A DNA stretch of 63,232 bases, counting the filler, from Folioceros fuciformis (taxonomy: Eukaryota): assembly GCA_049999805.1 (NCBI GenBank). It is 28 parts of 28 records of this genome, joined end to end, with 100 filler letters (N's around TTAATTAATTAA, not from the genome) between each part and the next. Parts side by side here need not be neighbours in the genome. Positions count along the whole stretch, not along the records: positions 61,603 to 63,232 come from JBNGIO010000147.1; 27 more parts are not named here. One strand, written 5' to 3'. Below are positions 61,954 through 63,232 of the stretch, piece after piece. The stretch's first letter is position 1, and the number at the start of each line of letters is the position of its first letter. The notes beneath the pieces are model-generated. The model was not told the DNA's origin, searched no databases, and was given only the letters and a program-made list of their open reading frames with translations. The translations under genes and the position numbers were made by a program.

Positions 61954-62760
61954 GCTGAGCTCGCTCCAAGGTTGTTTCTGATGATTCAGAAATCGACATG
62001 CAGACCTTGAGGCTCTTCATCAAAGTGCTAAGGCCAAGGATAAAACAAAGTAGGTGTGAAGAGCCTCAAAGTGCCAAGGCCAAGGATAAAACAAAGTAGG
62101 TGTGTGCTTATGACCGAAGCGGGCACAAAGGTGATGTCCAAATTCTTTGGACCGCATACCGCTGCCCGTGTCCATATCGGTATTTCATATGTGTCCCCTT
62201 TGGTATGCCATAATTACATGCCCTTTGGTATGTGTCCCCTTTGGTATGCCATAATTACATGCCCTTTTGGTATGCCATAATTACATGTGTCCACACACTT
62301 ATTGCATGCTAATTCCCTTTAGAGACCTTGGAAAAAAAAACATGTAACTTATATTCACTTTGGAGTGAGGATAAATAAACCTTCCTTGCAGAAGAGGACA
62401 TTACCAAACCAAGTATCCTTATCCGAAGTTACCCTCCTTACCGAAGAAAACATTACCAAACCAAAGTATCAAGCCGAAGCTATAGCCAAACAGGAGGGCA
62501 AGGGTGCAACCCTAAATCCGTCACCCCGCGCGTGGCGGGGCTGAGGTATGTATCGCATGATGGTGTGAGGGTTGAGGCCTCGGCTTAGGCGCCCTCGCTC
62601 CGCGCTTCACGACTCGGGCCGTCACTCCCCTCCTCATAGCCTTACCCGCGCGAGGGGTAAGGTCCTATGCCTCATGCCCTTGCCTCGCACCTCGGTCTGT
62701 ATCTAAATTGAAAATTACTATCGAACTAAATCTTAAATTAAAAAATATTATTGAACCAAA

Positions 62761-62856
62761 ATCCAGGCCTAAATCTTTCATCCAGACCTAAATCTTTTAT
62801 CCAGACCTAAATCTTTCATCCAGACCTAAAGCTTTCATCCAGACCTAAATCTTTCA
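62761..62856 (+). repeat. 19-bp tandem repeat x5
   Basis: Unit ATCCAGACCTAAATCTTTC. Confidence 0.88.
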
Positions 62857-63102
62857 TCAAACCCTAAGCGAATCCGAATATCCTCGTAGAAACCCTAGGA
62901 GAAATAAATATAATATATGGAGAGAGAAAGTGGCCGATTTGGCATGCAATACACACTCCATTGCCAGCAGTGAGGAATGAGATGCCCGCTTCCTACTTAC
63001 TTTTGCACCTTGCCAAAAGCCACATATACATTCATGGCTATGTTGGCATCTTTGTTGGTGTTCTATGCCTTGCAAGTCCAATCATGGGCCTTGTTTTCAC
63101 CC

Positions 63103-63232
63103 GTCACACGAACCTATTCTTTCCTCCACTCCTACATTGTCACACGAACCTGTTCTTTCCTCGACTCCTACATTGTCACACGAACCTGTTCTTTCCTTGA
63201 CTTCTGTATCGTCACACAAACCTATTCTTTCC
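63103..63232 (+). repeat. About 36-bp tandem repeat, 3-4 copies
   Basis: Unit GTCACACGAACCTGTTCTTTCCTCGACTCCTACATT. Confidence 0.85.

Overview
Eukaryotic, repeat-dominated land-plant nuclear DNA (gene and TE content suggest a seed-free plant such as a fern or lycophyte; this is inference only). It is not a contiguous locus: 28 short contigs (about 1.1-5.2 kb) are joined by 27 artificial 100-bp spacers (N44-TTAATTAATTAA-N44), so adjacency across spacers carries no biological meaning. Most of the window is fragmented Ty1/Copia gag-pol. A young, near-identical LTR-like repeat starting TGTGGAGGCAAAACCCC (family A) occurs 13 times, nested into other TEs, a minisatellite and a TauE pseudogene. There are also two related TGTGG-starting LTR-like families, CRE-like RLE non-LTR remnants and a DUF7869-like transposase remnant. 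Host genes are an OBERON (OBE3/4-type) PHD-finger gene, a multi-exon full-size ABCG/PDR transporter, an acireductone dioxygenase exon, and TauE/SafE and PABP pseudogene fragments. The most notable signal is the ABCG gene: it carries two in-frame spliced exons encoding a PDZ-like domain between NBD1 and TMD1, and its motifs look closer to protist/oomycete-type PDRs than to canonical plant PDRs. Second, two PBS-bearing LTR elements each carry an intact extra ORF between the PBS and gag.
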